This document shows, piece after piece, positions 22,172-32,361 of a DNA stretch of 64,000 bases. The notes beneath the pieces were generated by a model, which ran no database searches, was not told the origin of the DNA, and saw only the letters and a list, made by a program, of their open reading frames with translations. How positions within the stretch are numbered: position 1 is the stretch's first letter; each line of letters begins with the position of its first letter. Source of the stretch: Dudresnaya verticillata (Eukaryota); NCBI GenBank assembly GCA_977862235.1, contig OZ374561.1, positions 558,001-622,000 on the forward strand, read 5' to 3'. A program made the position numbers and the translations under genes.

Positions 22172-25100
22172 TCAGAGTTTATCACTCGTCATGACTGCAT
22201 CGTTTTCATCCTCAGAGCATTCCATTCGGACCCGAAGCGACGCGAGCGCTTCACGAGCGGCCTTGTGTTTGGCAACACGCCTCGTTGGCCCTTTTCCTTG
22301 CCCAATTTTCTTGTCATTCAGCAATATGACGCATACCTTTTCAACGTCATTCGGTTCGTCCAAGTACCTATACACTGGCAACATGCTCTGAGATTTCTGC
22401 GCTAGATGAACTAGTTCGGACACGGGGCTATTCCTGAACTTATCAGGATTCGCAAACCTCTGCAGTTCCGCATCCATGAGCCTCAGGACAAGTTCTTTAA
22501 CTCCATCCAATCTCATACCCTTGTCTACAACAACTGCACCAATAATGGCCTCAAGGAGGTCGCCAAGGACTTTCGGCACGGTCATAAGTTTGCAAACGTC
22601 ATCGCCATCGTTTTCTTCATTTGCAACAAGTCGTTCGAACTTATCTATTTCTGGAACCAGAGCACTGCAATCATACCAGAACCGCTCATGTATCTTCAGC
22701 GACACGATGACTCGAGCGAAAAGGTCGTTGCTTAGCGCAGGGCCTCGGAGCGAGGTAAGATCTCCTGGTCCAAGGTCTGGGTATCTGTGGAAGAAGTGTG
22801 AGAGTAAGAGGAATCCAATTATTGCGTCTCCCAAATACTCATACCGCTGGTATGAAGGACAGCTCCCGTTCTTGTAACTTCCATGAGTCAATGCTACGAC
22901 CAAGTGACCTCGGTCCTTGAAGCGGTATCCAATAATTTCCTCAACCTCCCGAACAAATGCTGACATTTTACGGTTGTCTCGAGAACTCATCACTGGGACT
23001 TGCATAGCAATTCCCGACGGCGACCCTTCGTTCGCTTCCATACCCAAAACTCTGGCAGCGCCGGGTAGGAGCTTGTGGCTATCCATGAATATAGTGGCCA
23101 GTTCTACTCCCCCTTCCAGGTACTGAACGCCAATGAGGGCTTCCACACAGTCAGCCAAAACCTTCTCCGAGATCTGAATAGATTTACTCTGATGAGTCGC
23201 CCAGAACCACGGCCAGGCTCTAGCTTTTTGAGACACTCCAGAGAATGCCACACAGTCGTCAATGTTCATGTCTAAAGCTCGGTCTGCAAGCCTTTGATTA
23301 CTCACTTCAATGTCTCTCTCATCGCTAAGAAGGCCCTCACTGTCATGCGGATTCATGACGAATGCAGCCATTGAGTAAATGACTTTCAAAACCGCGTCAC
23401 CAAGAAACTCCAATCTCTCGTACGACAAATCTGCTCCATTCCTCGATACATTATTCACGTTAGGTTGAAGAGCCCGTGCGAACGGTAGGAAGCCGGATAG
23501 GCTCGTAGTGATCCTATTTTGCCTCCAGCAGCTTCGAATCGCCAGGAATGTTTGCCATCTTGGAAGCAAAGAAGCAATGTAGCACGCCATCGGGTGTAAT
23601 GGTATCACGCGGCATGTCTCAGGTGGTAGCATGAAAGTGGATGTTGACAGACGCGACAATCTATCCAAGACGCTAAACCCTTCCAACATATATTGATGTC
23701 TATCGGAGAGGACGGTGTCATGCTTGCGCTCGAAGTAGTCTGCAAAACTATCGTATACCCGATTCAGATTGCCGGCGGGGTGCGATTCTGCTCTCAGCTC
23801 TTCGCTCAGTTTGCCAGTAAGATAAACTCGATTCAGCTTCTCATGGTACGAGCAAACAAGGAGGTTCTGCAGGTGCTGCCCACTGCGGTATTCGCCTTCC
23901 TCCAAAGGTCCAGAACGCCAACCATAAGACAGAAGCTTTTCTATCTGTTCCCAGTCAACTTCAGCTCCGTCACTCTCATGGTCGCGAGATAATGGAACCA
24001 GTAGAAAGCCGGTCGCTGTAGTTGTCCCGAAACTCCGTTCCGCAATTTCAATTGCTGCTTCAGACCCTGGGGACTTGCCTCTGAGACATAACTGTATGTT
24101 TCTGCAGTACTTGTAAGCGACGGCTTGCTTGGCTTCTGACCACGGGATGACTTTTTCATATGTCAGCGAGAATAGCTCATGTCCAGTTGGACACTGAATT
24201 GCCTTCAAATCTTCCGCGCATACCTCATTCTTCAGCAAAATCCCAAATACATGCCCTTTGCTCGAATCATGAAACCCAAAGTGAGTTGTGTCATGGTCAA
24301 TGCACAAGCTGTACAAAAAGCGTTCACGGTTACCATGTTCACATTTAGGAAGATCAACGCATCGAGAATCTGATGCTGGACATTTCAACGCCTGACCGAC
24401 AATAGAGCAAGCGTCACGAGTTGCTTCTTTCAGGGCCTTTTCCTTCACATCAGCTTCGGAGTCGAATGTGAGCATATCAGTGACATCGTATTGCACCGAG
24501 GAAGGATGTAGTATGCGACACTGTCGCAATCTCTTCCCCTTCTTCGACTCCTTCGACTCCACAACCCTCTGGGTGCGACGCTTCTTGCGCTGAACCTGAA
24601 TCCCATCACCTAGCTTTTCTGGTTGCTGAACGACACGCAAGACTCGCCGGGAGCGCGCTGGCCGTTTTGGCAAAAGGAACTCATCCACCTCACCGATTTG
24701 ATACAGCTTCGAGTATGCATCAAGCGCGGCCATACGCTTTGCTGCCAACTCAGTTTCTTGAGGCACATCGCAAATACCGGCATCAATTGGAATCCTCGCA
24801 TGAACCTTGGCATGTGCAGTATACCCTTCGTCCGTGAAGTCGAAAATGTATTCTGGTCTCTCAACGTTATCATTCGGAAACGACGCAGCCTTCATGAGGC
24901 AGTATCGGCTAAATAGATTAACAGCTTCCGTGCCCGAAACCTGTGCACGAGTCGTACGCGAAAACAATATCTTCTCAACAGTATTAGAGTCCTTCTCGAT
25001 CTTATCCCTATGCACTTGACGCTGTGCGTCCGTAGATATGCCGTCCTTCGCTACTGAGCTCATAAGGCGAGCTCCCTCGCGAGCTATAAATAGAGCATTG

Positions 25101-26881
25101 TAGTCATCTATTGAACCAAACTCAAGGAACGACAAATACCTGCCGCCCCTCCTGCGCGCCCTTCCTCGCCCTTGCACGTATGCCGACGGGGTCATGACAG
25201 GATCAAACGAGACCACCAGGCGGCATGCAGGCACATCAAGGCCTTCCTCCACAACATTCGTCGCGACCAGAATGCCAAACTTTCCTACGCGAAAGTCGTC
25301 CAGAATGTCAAGGAGCTTCGCTTGAGTCATTCTTACATGCGATTCCGTGTTCTGCACGCCAACAGCCGGTCTCGCTGATAATTCTGCACAAGACAGGGCT
25401 TTAAACACATCGTTAAGCAACCATGCCAGCGCAACGGCAGTAACTCGTTCCTTTACGAACAGGATGCATCGAAACTCGTCTGCTTTCTGCTGCTCACTCA
25501 AGCTTATCATCCCATGATTGCATCTCATATTCTCGTAAAACAACACATCAAGCAGGTTCATGATTTTATCAGGAAGACCACCATGCTCCAGCTCCTTCTT
25601 GCTTGACCGCCTGCGAATCATGCCGATTGTCTCATCAGATGCGATTCCGCGTGATGCGCAAAGCTGCTTCCCAAAATGACTGGCCGCACGAAAGCCGACC
25701 TTCCAGCTCAAGAACAACAAAAGCTTCACCTCTTGCTCTCGCAGCGCAATTCTCTTGTCAGAGGACGGCAAGCTAGGAGGTTGCTCCGGTGCTTCAGAAC
25801 TAGCTGCGATTTCCATAACGGTCCCCACGACAGCTGCATCAATCTCGTTTGCCTCCTCATCATCCATATCCAGTGGAACATCCGTCCCCTCAAACGTGAC
25901 AACAAACTCCTCCGGCTTAGGCACAAGCTCTTCCACCTCAGCAAGAGACTCGTTCGACACGGTGACTACAGTCGCATCCAGCGTAACCTCTAACGCAACA
26001 ATCGCATCGAGGCACATACCCTCGCTCTTGGACGCAGCCTTTGCCTTGACCGGGGTAGCCGTCATTCCAAACACCCTTGGCTTCGGGTCTTGCGGCGCGA
26101 GGGTGTGGTAAAACTCGACGAACAGACGTCGATACGGGTGGTTCTTCGTGGCGTGGTGGACTTCATCAAGTACTAGGAGGGCAACATTTCGAATGTCCAG
26201 CAACCCGTGCCGGAGCAAGTTTAGAAAGATCTGGGCAGTCATGACAAGGACCTTATGTGTACGAAGGCTGTTCGCCCACTTCGAGGAAGACCAGTCATCC
26301 ACACCCTTCTCACCGTAGTACGCACCCACTTGGACGTGCTCGTGCATGACTGAGCGGATAACATCCGCCTGCTGGGGCACAAGCGGAACACGGTGCACTA
26401 GAAACACGCAGAACTTGTTTGCCGGTAGCGCCGGTTTCGCCGTCTTTGAAAACACCACCACACCGTCCTGCAGCGACGTAGACTCAGGGTCCAACGCTGG
26501 ACGCGTGCTTCCGGCGCCCGGTGATGCCGGCAAGCTGATTTCTGCCGGAGTAGCGGTTTCCTCACCACCTTCCTCTCTCGGAGAGCGCGGCAGGTCACGA
26601 CTTTGTTCCAGATCCTCGAGCGTCTTCCTGATGAGCAGCGCGGAGACAAGGGTCTTCCCGGCGCCAGTCTCAAGAAACGCGATAATGTTCTCCCGACATG
26701 CGCGATGGAACAGCTCGAGCTGATATCCCCGCGGCACAAGCGGCTCGGGGCGGGTCGGGGGTCTGTCGGCGTTTGTCATTGCGGCAGGTAGGCTGTCGAG
26801 CTCGTCTGCAGAGTCTGGTGGGGTGGCTGGGGCTGCGTCTTCGACGTGCCAATGCAGGCGGAAGAGCGGCCGGGAGGTCAT
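22172..26881 (-). CDS. DCL: Dicer-like ribonuclease III (DExH helicase, helicase-C, DUF283-like, PAZ-like, 2x RNase III, dsRBD), about 1569 aa
   Basis: PRGYQLELF, LETGAGKT, LDEVHH, GMTATP, ATNVVEEGLDVP, YVQGRGRAR. RNase IIIa ERLEFLGDAVL...ADCVEALIG and RNase IIIb QRYEYLGDAII...GDLLEAIIG. dsRBD GKGPTRRVAKHKAA. Start at first ATG 26881. Confidence 0.96.
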   Translation of the reverse strand: MTSRPLFRLHWHVEDAAPATPPDSADELDSLPAAMTNADRPPTRPEPLVPRGYQLELFHRACRENIIAFLETGAGKTLVSALLIRKTLEDLEQSRDLPRSPREEGGEETATPAEISLPASPGAGSTRPALDPESTSLQDGVVVFSKTAKPALPANKFCVFLVHRVPLVPQQADVIRSVMHEHVQVGAYYGEKGVDDWSSSKWANSLRTHKVLVMTAQIFLNLLRHGLLDIRNVALLVLDEVHHATKNHPYRRLFVEFYHTLAPQDPKPRVFGMTATPVKAKAASKSEGMCLDAIVALEVTLDATVVTVSNESLAEVEELVPKPEEFVVTFEGTDVPLDMDDEEANEIDAAVVGTVMEIAASSEAPEQPPSLPSSDKRIALREQEVKLLLFLSWKVGFRAASHFGKQLCASRGIASDETIGMIRRRSSKKELEHGGLPDKIMNLLDVLFYENMRCNHGMISLSEQQKADEFRCILFVKERVTAVALAWLLNDVFKALSCAELSARPAVGVQNTESHVRMTQAKLLDILDDFRVGKFGILVATNVVEEGLDVPACRLVVSFDPVMTPSAYVQGRGRARRRGGRYLSFLEFGSIDDYNALFIAREGARLMSSVAKDGISTDAQRQVHRDKIEKDSNTVEKILFSRTTRAQVSGTEAVNLFSRYCLMKAASFPNDNVERPEYIFDFTDEGYTAHAKVHARIPIDAGICDVPQETELAAKRMAALDAYSKLYQIGEVDEFLLPKRPARSRRVLRVVQQPEKLGDGIQVQRKKRRTQRVVESKESKKGKRLRQCRILHPSSVQYDVTDMLTFDSEADVKEKALKEATRDACSIVGQALKCPASDSRCVDLPKCEHGNRERFLYSLCIDHDTTHFGFHDSSKGHVFGILLKNEVCAEDLKAIQCPTGHELFSLTYEKVIPWSEAKQAVAYKYCRNIQLCLRGKSPGSEAAIEIAERSFGTTTATGFLLVPLSRDHESDGAEVDWEQIEKLLSYGWRSGPLEEGEYRSGQHLQNLLVCSYHEKLNRVYLTGKLSEELRAESHPAGNLNRVYDSFADYFERKHDTVLSDRHQYMLEGFSVLDRLSRLSTSTFMLPPETCRVIPLHPMACYIASLLPRWQTFLAIRSCWRQNRITTSLSGFLPFARALQPNVNNVSRNGADLSYERLEFLGDAVLKVIYSMAAFVMNPHDSEGLLSDERDIEVSNQRLADRALDMNIDDCVAFSGVSQKARAWPWFWATHQSKSIQISEKVLADCVEALIGVQYLEGGVELATIFMDSHKLLPGAARVLGMEANEGSPSGIAMQVPVMSSRDNRKMSAFVREVEEIIGYRFKDRGHLVVALTHGSYKNGSCPSYQRYEYLGDAIIGFLLLSHFFHRYPDLGPGDLTSLRGPALSNDLFARVIVSLKIHERFWYDCSALVPEIDKFERLVANEENDGDDVCKLMTVPKVLGDLLEAIIGAVVVDKGMRLDGVKELVLRLMDAELQRFANPDKFRNSPVSELVHLAQKSQSMLPVYRYLDEPNDVEKVCVILLNDKKIGQGKGPTRRVAKHKAAREALASLRVRMECSEDENDAVMTSDKL

Positions 26882-27290
26882 GGCGCGAGATGGTTGGGAC
26901 GCGGCGCGCAGGCAGCGCTTGCATGGCGCGCGCGGCACGCGGCTGGAGGCGACTTGACGGCTCCGCAACGGATAGCTTCTGCTGCATGGGTGGACTCGCG
27001 TGCTCACGGAGACGAGCTTCGCGCTTGCCAGCCCGTTGGAAGACGTTCACGGATGAGGAGCTGTGACGGCTCTCGTACGTTGCGGAGGCACGTCGCAGAG
27101 CGCAAGAAACGGCTGCATTTTGGAGCCACGGGAAACACACGTGGACGCGTGTCCCATTGGACAACTCAGAAATCTGAGTCGCCGCGACGCTCCGGCGAAC
27201 GTCTCCGCCATGAGACCAAGTCCGTTCGCCTCCCGCATTCATTGCACAGTGGCACGGTAACGTCTTCGACAACGCAGCACAGCAAACAGC

Positions 27291-27944
27291 ATGCCTCCAG
27301 CATTTGCAACAGCAGTGGGGATACGCGGCGTTGCACCTGCAGGGCCTCGTTCCAGCTCTCGTTGCGGACGCCGAGTGACCTGTCCAACAATGAGCGCGTC
27401 TCAGACCGACCGGCGCGGCATTCTGATGCTGTGTCTAGGCAACATCTGTCGCTCGCCCGCGGCAGAAGCCGTAATGAACGGTGTCCTGAAGCGCCGTTCC
27501 CTGGAGGGAAAGTTCTTTGTGGACTCGTGTGGCACGGGTGGCGGATCCCCCAACTGGTACATGCCGAACGGCTTGAGCCACCACGAGGGCGACCCGGCCG
27601 ACCCACGCATGCGCGCCGCGGCCGAGGCAAGACAATTGGAACTTACCTCAGAATCGCGCCCGCTTCGGCCGTCAGATTTTCAAACGTTTGAGGTTATTGT
27701 TGCAATGGATGACTCAAACGTTGAGGCCATTGAGGAGGCCCGCAAGTTCTGGAAGGTGCCCCCTGAGCAGACCAGGGTTGTGCTTATGAGTGAGTTTAGC
27801 CCTGATGAAAGTTTCCGTGGAAGAGCAGTGCCTGATCCGTACTGGTCAGGGCCGAAGGGCTTCGACTATGCGCTCGATCTCATTGAAGGCGCTTGTGAGG
27901 GGCTTGCAGATGATCTTGTCGGAAAGAAGGTGAATGAATCATAG
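27291..27944 (+). CDS. Low-molecular-weight protein tyrosine phosphatase with N-terminal organellar-type extension
   Basis: Active-site P-loop CLGNICRS, DSCGTG, AMDDSN and VPDPYW general-acid motif. Confidence 0.93.
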   Translation: MPPAFATAVGIRGVAPAGPRSSSRCGRRVTCPTMSASQTDRRGILMLCLGNICRSPAAEAVMNGVLKRRSLEGKFFVDSCGTGGGSPNWYMPNGLSHHEGDPADPRMRAAAEARQLELTSESRPLRPSDFQTFEVIVAMDDSNVEAIEEARKFWKVPPEQTRVVLMSEFSPDESFRGRAVPDPYWSGPKGFDYALDLIEGACEGLADDLVGKKVNES

Positions 27945-28050
27945 CTGTGCCAACCTGTCGTTCCTAGAAAGAGAGGCCCGAGCGTTCCGCTCTGCTCCGC
28001 ATCTGTATCCTCGTTGCAATGACCGTGTATTCCCGTGACCGAAGTTTATT

Positions 28051-29151
28051 TCATTGCCGCTCGGAATAGGTGTTCGATCCGTTTTCTTTACCCCGTCGTT
28101 GCTGATCCTCCTTGACAAGCTTATCTCTATCCAGCTTCGCCTTGAGAGCATGTTTTTCCGCCAGCGCGTCGAAGAACACCTTCTGCTCTTGACGGCCCTG
28201 CATATCTGATCTTGAGAAAAGCGTGATAGCATTGTACTCGCTCAGCGCATCGCCCAACGCGCAAATCGCGTGCCCCACCAGTTCCAGTGCCGTCGACCCG
28301 GGCATTAGCATCTCGTAACCCCCGGTTCGATGTACCTTTGCCGGGCCATGCTCGCCTAGCTCCTCTCTCATTCGCCGCTTCCCGAGCGTCCGGCCAGACT
28401 CGACCCCCTCTCCGCTTCCCGTAGACCCTACCGGATGTGTCGTCCGCTCTAGCTTCACTTCACAGTTTGGTGACTGGTCTGCCAGTGGTGGCATTGGTGA
28501 GAGACCGTTGGGAACAAGATCCATAGCAAGCGCGGCAGATGCAAGCGTGCGCATAGGGGTGCCTCCCGTATGCAGGTTTCCCGGGCTCGGCATCGAAAAG
28601 CTCGGATTGCCGTTGTCAACTGAGGATGAATTTGGAATCGGATTACTTGGCTCTGCCTCTGAATTATCGCGATTGCGGTCTCTATCCCGAGGCCAGTTTT
28701 GCGGCACGAAGCGCTCACACGTCTTCAGAATACACCAGGCCCCGTACAGTTTCCAGTCGCTCTCGACAGCGTCAACGGTCTCAAAATTAATGACGCCGGC
28801 AATTGCCTTTAGATGAACGCCAATTGCAGCTCGAAGGACTTTATCATCGCGGGCACTGACACCGCGGTTCAAGGCCTGGTCCGTGACGTTTCTCAACACG
28901 AGGTTGAACTTGACGATGTCATCTTGAATTGCGTCAAATTGGGTCTTCACCGCAGACTGAGAACGAGATTTCCAGCGGCCCTCCAGCGCATCTCGGTCGG
29001 TTGGAGCAAATTCGAGGAAGTGATTATAAAGCTCTGTGACAAAGTGCTTGCTGTTCTGCTCTCGAACACTCAAAGAGCTCTCCGATACAATCTTCCAAGC
29101 CTTGGCCACCGCTTCTAGTTCCTCACGCGACCAAGACTTTCCGCGCCCCAT
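28051..29151 (-). CDS. Myb/SANT-like (trihelix-type) putative DNA-binding protein (366 aa)
   Basis: GRGKSWSREELEAVAKAW...EQNSKHF...RWKSRSQSAVKTQF...KF resembles Myb-like proteins related to PIF/Harbinger ORF1. Followed by a low-complexity middle and a helical C-terminus. Confidence 0.6.
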   Translation of the reverse strand: MGRGKSWSREELEAVAKAWKIVSESSLSVREQNSKHFVTELYNHFLEFAPTDRDALEGRWKSRSQSAVKTQFDAIQDDIVKFNLVLRNVTDQALNRGVSARDDKVLRAAIGVHLKAIAGVINFETVDAVESDWKLYGAWCILKTCERFVPQNWPRDRDRNRDNSEAEPSNPIPNSSSVDNGNPSFSMPSPGNLHTGGTPMRTLASAALAMDLVPNGLSPMPPLADQSPNCEVKLERTTHPVGSTGSGEGVESGRTLGKRRMREELGEHGPAKVHRTGGYEMLMPGSTALELVGHAICALGDALSEYNAITLFSRSDMQGRQEQKVFFDALAEKHALKAKLDRDKLVKEDQQRRGKENGSNTYSERQ

Positions 29152-31285
29152 GGTCGCACCTTCAGAACCGATGAATCAACGGGCAGTCCAAATGTGCTGA
29201 CCTTCCCCTCACGGACAGAATCGCGGAGAAACGAGTCTCTGTTGCAGGTCGATAGAGTCGGGAAGCCTGGTAAACTGGTGAACTCGATTTAACCGACCAA
29301 AGCCAGAGAGAGTAGCCTCTGCCAAGCTATCGCCCGGGAGCTGCGCGATGTGGAAAGCGCAGTGCCCTTCTCTCTGGAAAGATGCGCTGCAAGTAGGAAC
29401 GAGAAGTGTTGATAAGCACCAGTTGATACTGTAGATTTGCTATGCAAGCTGGCGCTATGGAGGAGGATGCTCGAATACGCACACAGATGGTCACATCCGA
29501 CTGGGGCTTCTGACCTCGCACCCAAGGTTTGAACGGAGGGTAGCGCTATTCTTGAGTCATTCAGGCGCTACTTGCCACCTTTAGTTGCGCATCCTCGCCG
29601 TGGCAATGTCCAGCCTAAACGGACCCATAGAACTCGGCTATTATTATTCTGAAATATGGGGTACTTCCGTAACCTGTGCCTTTTTCCTATTTTTCCGCTA
29701 AACAACTGAACTTCATGCCATTGTTCAATGACCAGTATTGCCCCACAACCGCTATAGAGTGAGTGGAGCCGAACATTCAGTATCCGGTGATACAACCACT
29801 TTCTTACAGTATGTACTAGACCTTCATAGGGACAGCTCCTTACAGCCTTGATGTTGATTGCGGGCTGCAACCGCCGGTTTTGACTACAGACTAGTGCAAT
29901 GAAATATGCAAACGCATGCTGGACATTTCAGAGTTGATCATGTGCTTCTTGTGCTTTGCTGTACTGTACTAAGGGTTATACGTGGAAGGGAACAATACAA
30001 GAGCAAAGCAAGGACGCTCGCGGACCCTTGGCAGTAAAATTCTATGCGAGTTGATGCATGTACTGTACAGAGTGTAGAAGGAGAGCAAAAACTATTGGAT
30101 AATCCGGCAGCTTGTTGGCCCGTGGGGGCAATATTTAATGCTCCACTTGGGAACAATAAGTCGGTGCAATTTGAAGGCTACTCTGGTTGACTGCCCTTCA
30201 TGCATGTACTGTACAGAAGTCCTGGACAGCCTGCAAAGTGTACCGTATTACTGTAGAGTAGCTCTCACATAGAGTTTGTAATAATAATCATCGAATATGC
30301 CAAGGTGCGGCTGCCAATATAGTTGGTTGGAGTGAAGGTCTTGAACCTTGCTTGTCATGTGTGCTGATCTTTTCGCGTCCAGATTACGGCAATAATATAC
30401 CGTTGTACTGTAGGTCATCACTTCGGCTGCCCCGAAACTCTTGGGACTTGCTAAGTTCTGGTTCAAGATGCCCTTTGCGATCGCGCTTGGGCGAATTATG
30501 TTCATTGCAAGCAAACAATAGTATCGTTCTATTGGAGACCCCCTTGGTGCCAACGTGAAAATATCCATCTAAGCCGGCCTTTTCTGTCGGCAGCACTTAC
30601 TGCTATGCACTGCTGTGATAACAGTAGACATGTACTAGACTGTAGGGCCTCCTCGTATGAAATTCGTAACTATCTGAAATTCAATAAACGTTTGAGCCTG
30701 CTTCTCCACTTTATCTGATATCCACGTCGACTGAGCAATCGCTCCTACTGCTGGAAGAGAGTGCTGCACCTCCTAGTGTGCCTGCTCATGGGCCTTTAAG
30801 TTGCCCGAGCGGGACCACCTAAAACAACCCCTAAAAGTTTACCATCACCTACTTCAGACTCAGTAGCGTTCCTGCCACAGTACATAGCTTTATGTTTCTC
30901 GCCAGTGCGGTGACTGGAAACGAATTCCTTGGATGGACCCTCGTGATAGACAAGCAGAAGCTGAGCTGGCTCGCTTGCAGAGACTCTTCCTTTAGCGTAC
31001 AGTGTTTGATGTCAAGTTCCTGGCTTTTACCTGGGTATCTGAGGGCGCCCCGTCGAAATTACATACTACTCCAAAAGAAAAACGCGTTTGGGAGATGAAC
31101 CTTAGTTCTTCTCTACACGCAATTTCCTAACACCCAGAACAAGCCATCAACATTCCGAAACGAGTTTTCAGACCTCTTGACATTTGTGTGATAAATGGTG
31201 TCTGTGGTAGCACTATCAGTACGTTTGCTTGCATGGCATTCCTTCATCGCCTCTTGTTCCGTCCCTGGTCGTTTTGTTTCACATC

Positions 31286-32218
31286 CTATCTGCTTCTAGC
31301 ATCTTTCGATAACCCCTTCTGTCGCTGCTCATCCTCATTGAACAATGAGATGACCTTCGTATAAAAATCTCTACTTCTCTTGTCAAACAAAAACAACAGA
31401 AGAACAGGAAACGCGTAAACTGCGTATAGTGCTATGAGTGCAACCCTCAGCATAGCCAGATAGACTGTATCGATAGGTCGACACCTTTCGGAACACATGA
31501 TAGCCTCATGGGCAGCGTACATATCAATACCAAGCTTCCACAGAGGGGTTGCTAAGAACCGAATTTTCATTTGCCTCAGTAACCACAAGGCTGGTACTGC
31601 GAGATTCATTAGGAACCGCAGTGGAGAAGGATTCCACTTCCTTGCCACACGTACGTTCCTCAGTCTCTCCACGTAGTCATCTGGCAAGCCCTCCTTCACT
31701 GCTCCTTCAATCAGTACGTTGACGTACCGTCTAGAGGGCCGCACATTGCGTTGCATCGTTCTCGAAAGCCCCTGATTCGGGTTGGTCATCAAAGTCTTGG
31801 CTGTTCTTATCGCAGCAACCTCGCCAGCGGGTGATAGACACTCAACATCCACCTCAATGACATGGTATGAGTCAACGGCGGTTCTAGTTGTCACACCCTC
31901 AGTGACAAGGAGCCTGTGCCAGGTCTGCTCGTCTAGAAGAGTATAGACTACACCGTACACAACATCTCCAGGCTCTCGCTGGATAGAACCCATGGCCGGT
32001 TCCGAAGGCGGGGCGCCTCTCAAATCGAAGCAAAGGCCCCAGTCGCGGAGTCGGGCCTGCGAACAAGACGTGTAGGTAATCGGGCCGTCGCTGAATCCTG
32101 CTCGAGAGGCCAGCTTCTCCCGACTCATGTTGCTCCCATAGGAGAAGTAGAGCACTCCGTCAGACGGGGCTGCGCTCACTTGATCGTCGAGCGAGGCTGG
32201 AACGTTTGCAGACGGCAT
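31286..32218 (-). CDS. GGCT: Gamma-glutamylcyclotransferase (GGCT/AIG2-like) with C-terminal hydrophobic segments
   Basis: YFSYGSNM, VYGVVY, L..TEG (catalytic Glu position), PSRRYVNVLIEGA..GLP.DY. ATG at 32218. Confidence 0.85.
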   Translation of the reverse strand: MPSANVPASLDDQVSAAPSDGVLYFSYGSNMSREKLASRAGFSDGPITYTSCSQARLRDWGLCFDLRGAPPSEPAMGSIQREPGDVVYGVVYTLLDEQTWHRLLVTEGVTTRTAVDSYHVIEVDVECLSPAGEVAAIRTAKTLMTNPNQGLSRTMQRNVRPSRRYVNVLIEGAVKEGLPDDYVERLRNVRVARKWNPSPLRFLMNLAVPALWLLRQMKIRFLATPLWKLGIDMYAAHEAIMCSERCRPIDTVYLAMLRVALIALYAVYAFPVLLLFLFDKRSRDFYTKVISLFNEDEQRQKGLSKDARSR

Positions 32219-32339
32219 GTTCACGGACTCGTGTGACGGGGTTGCGGAGATACAGGCCTACTAGCGTGAGAAGCACAGGGCGGTGCTCCTTCGTGGTGAA
32301 GTAACGGTACCGCGTGTACCCCAAGCAGCCGCAGGGCAT

Positions 32340-32361
32340 GGGATGAGTACGTACTCATCCC
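32340..32361. promoter_or_regulatory. Perfect 22-bp palindrome upstream of GGCT
   Basis: GGGATGAGTAC|GTACTCATCCC is an exact inverted repeat with no spacer, about 120 bp upstream of the ATG. The regulatory role is inferred only. Confidence 0.45.
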
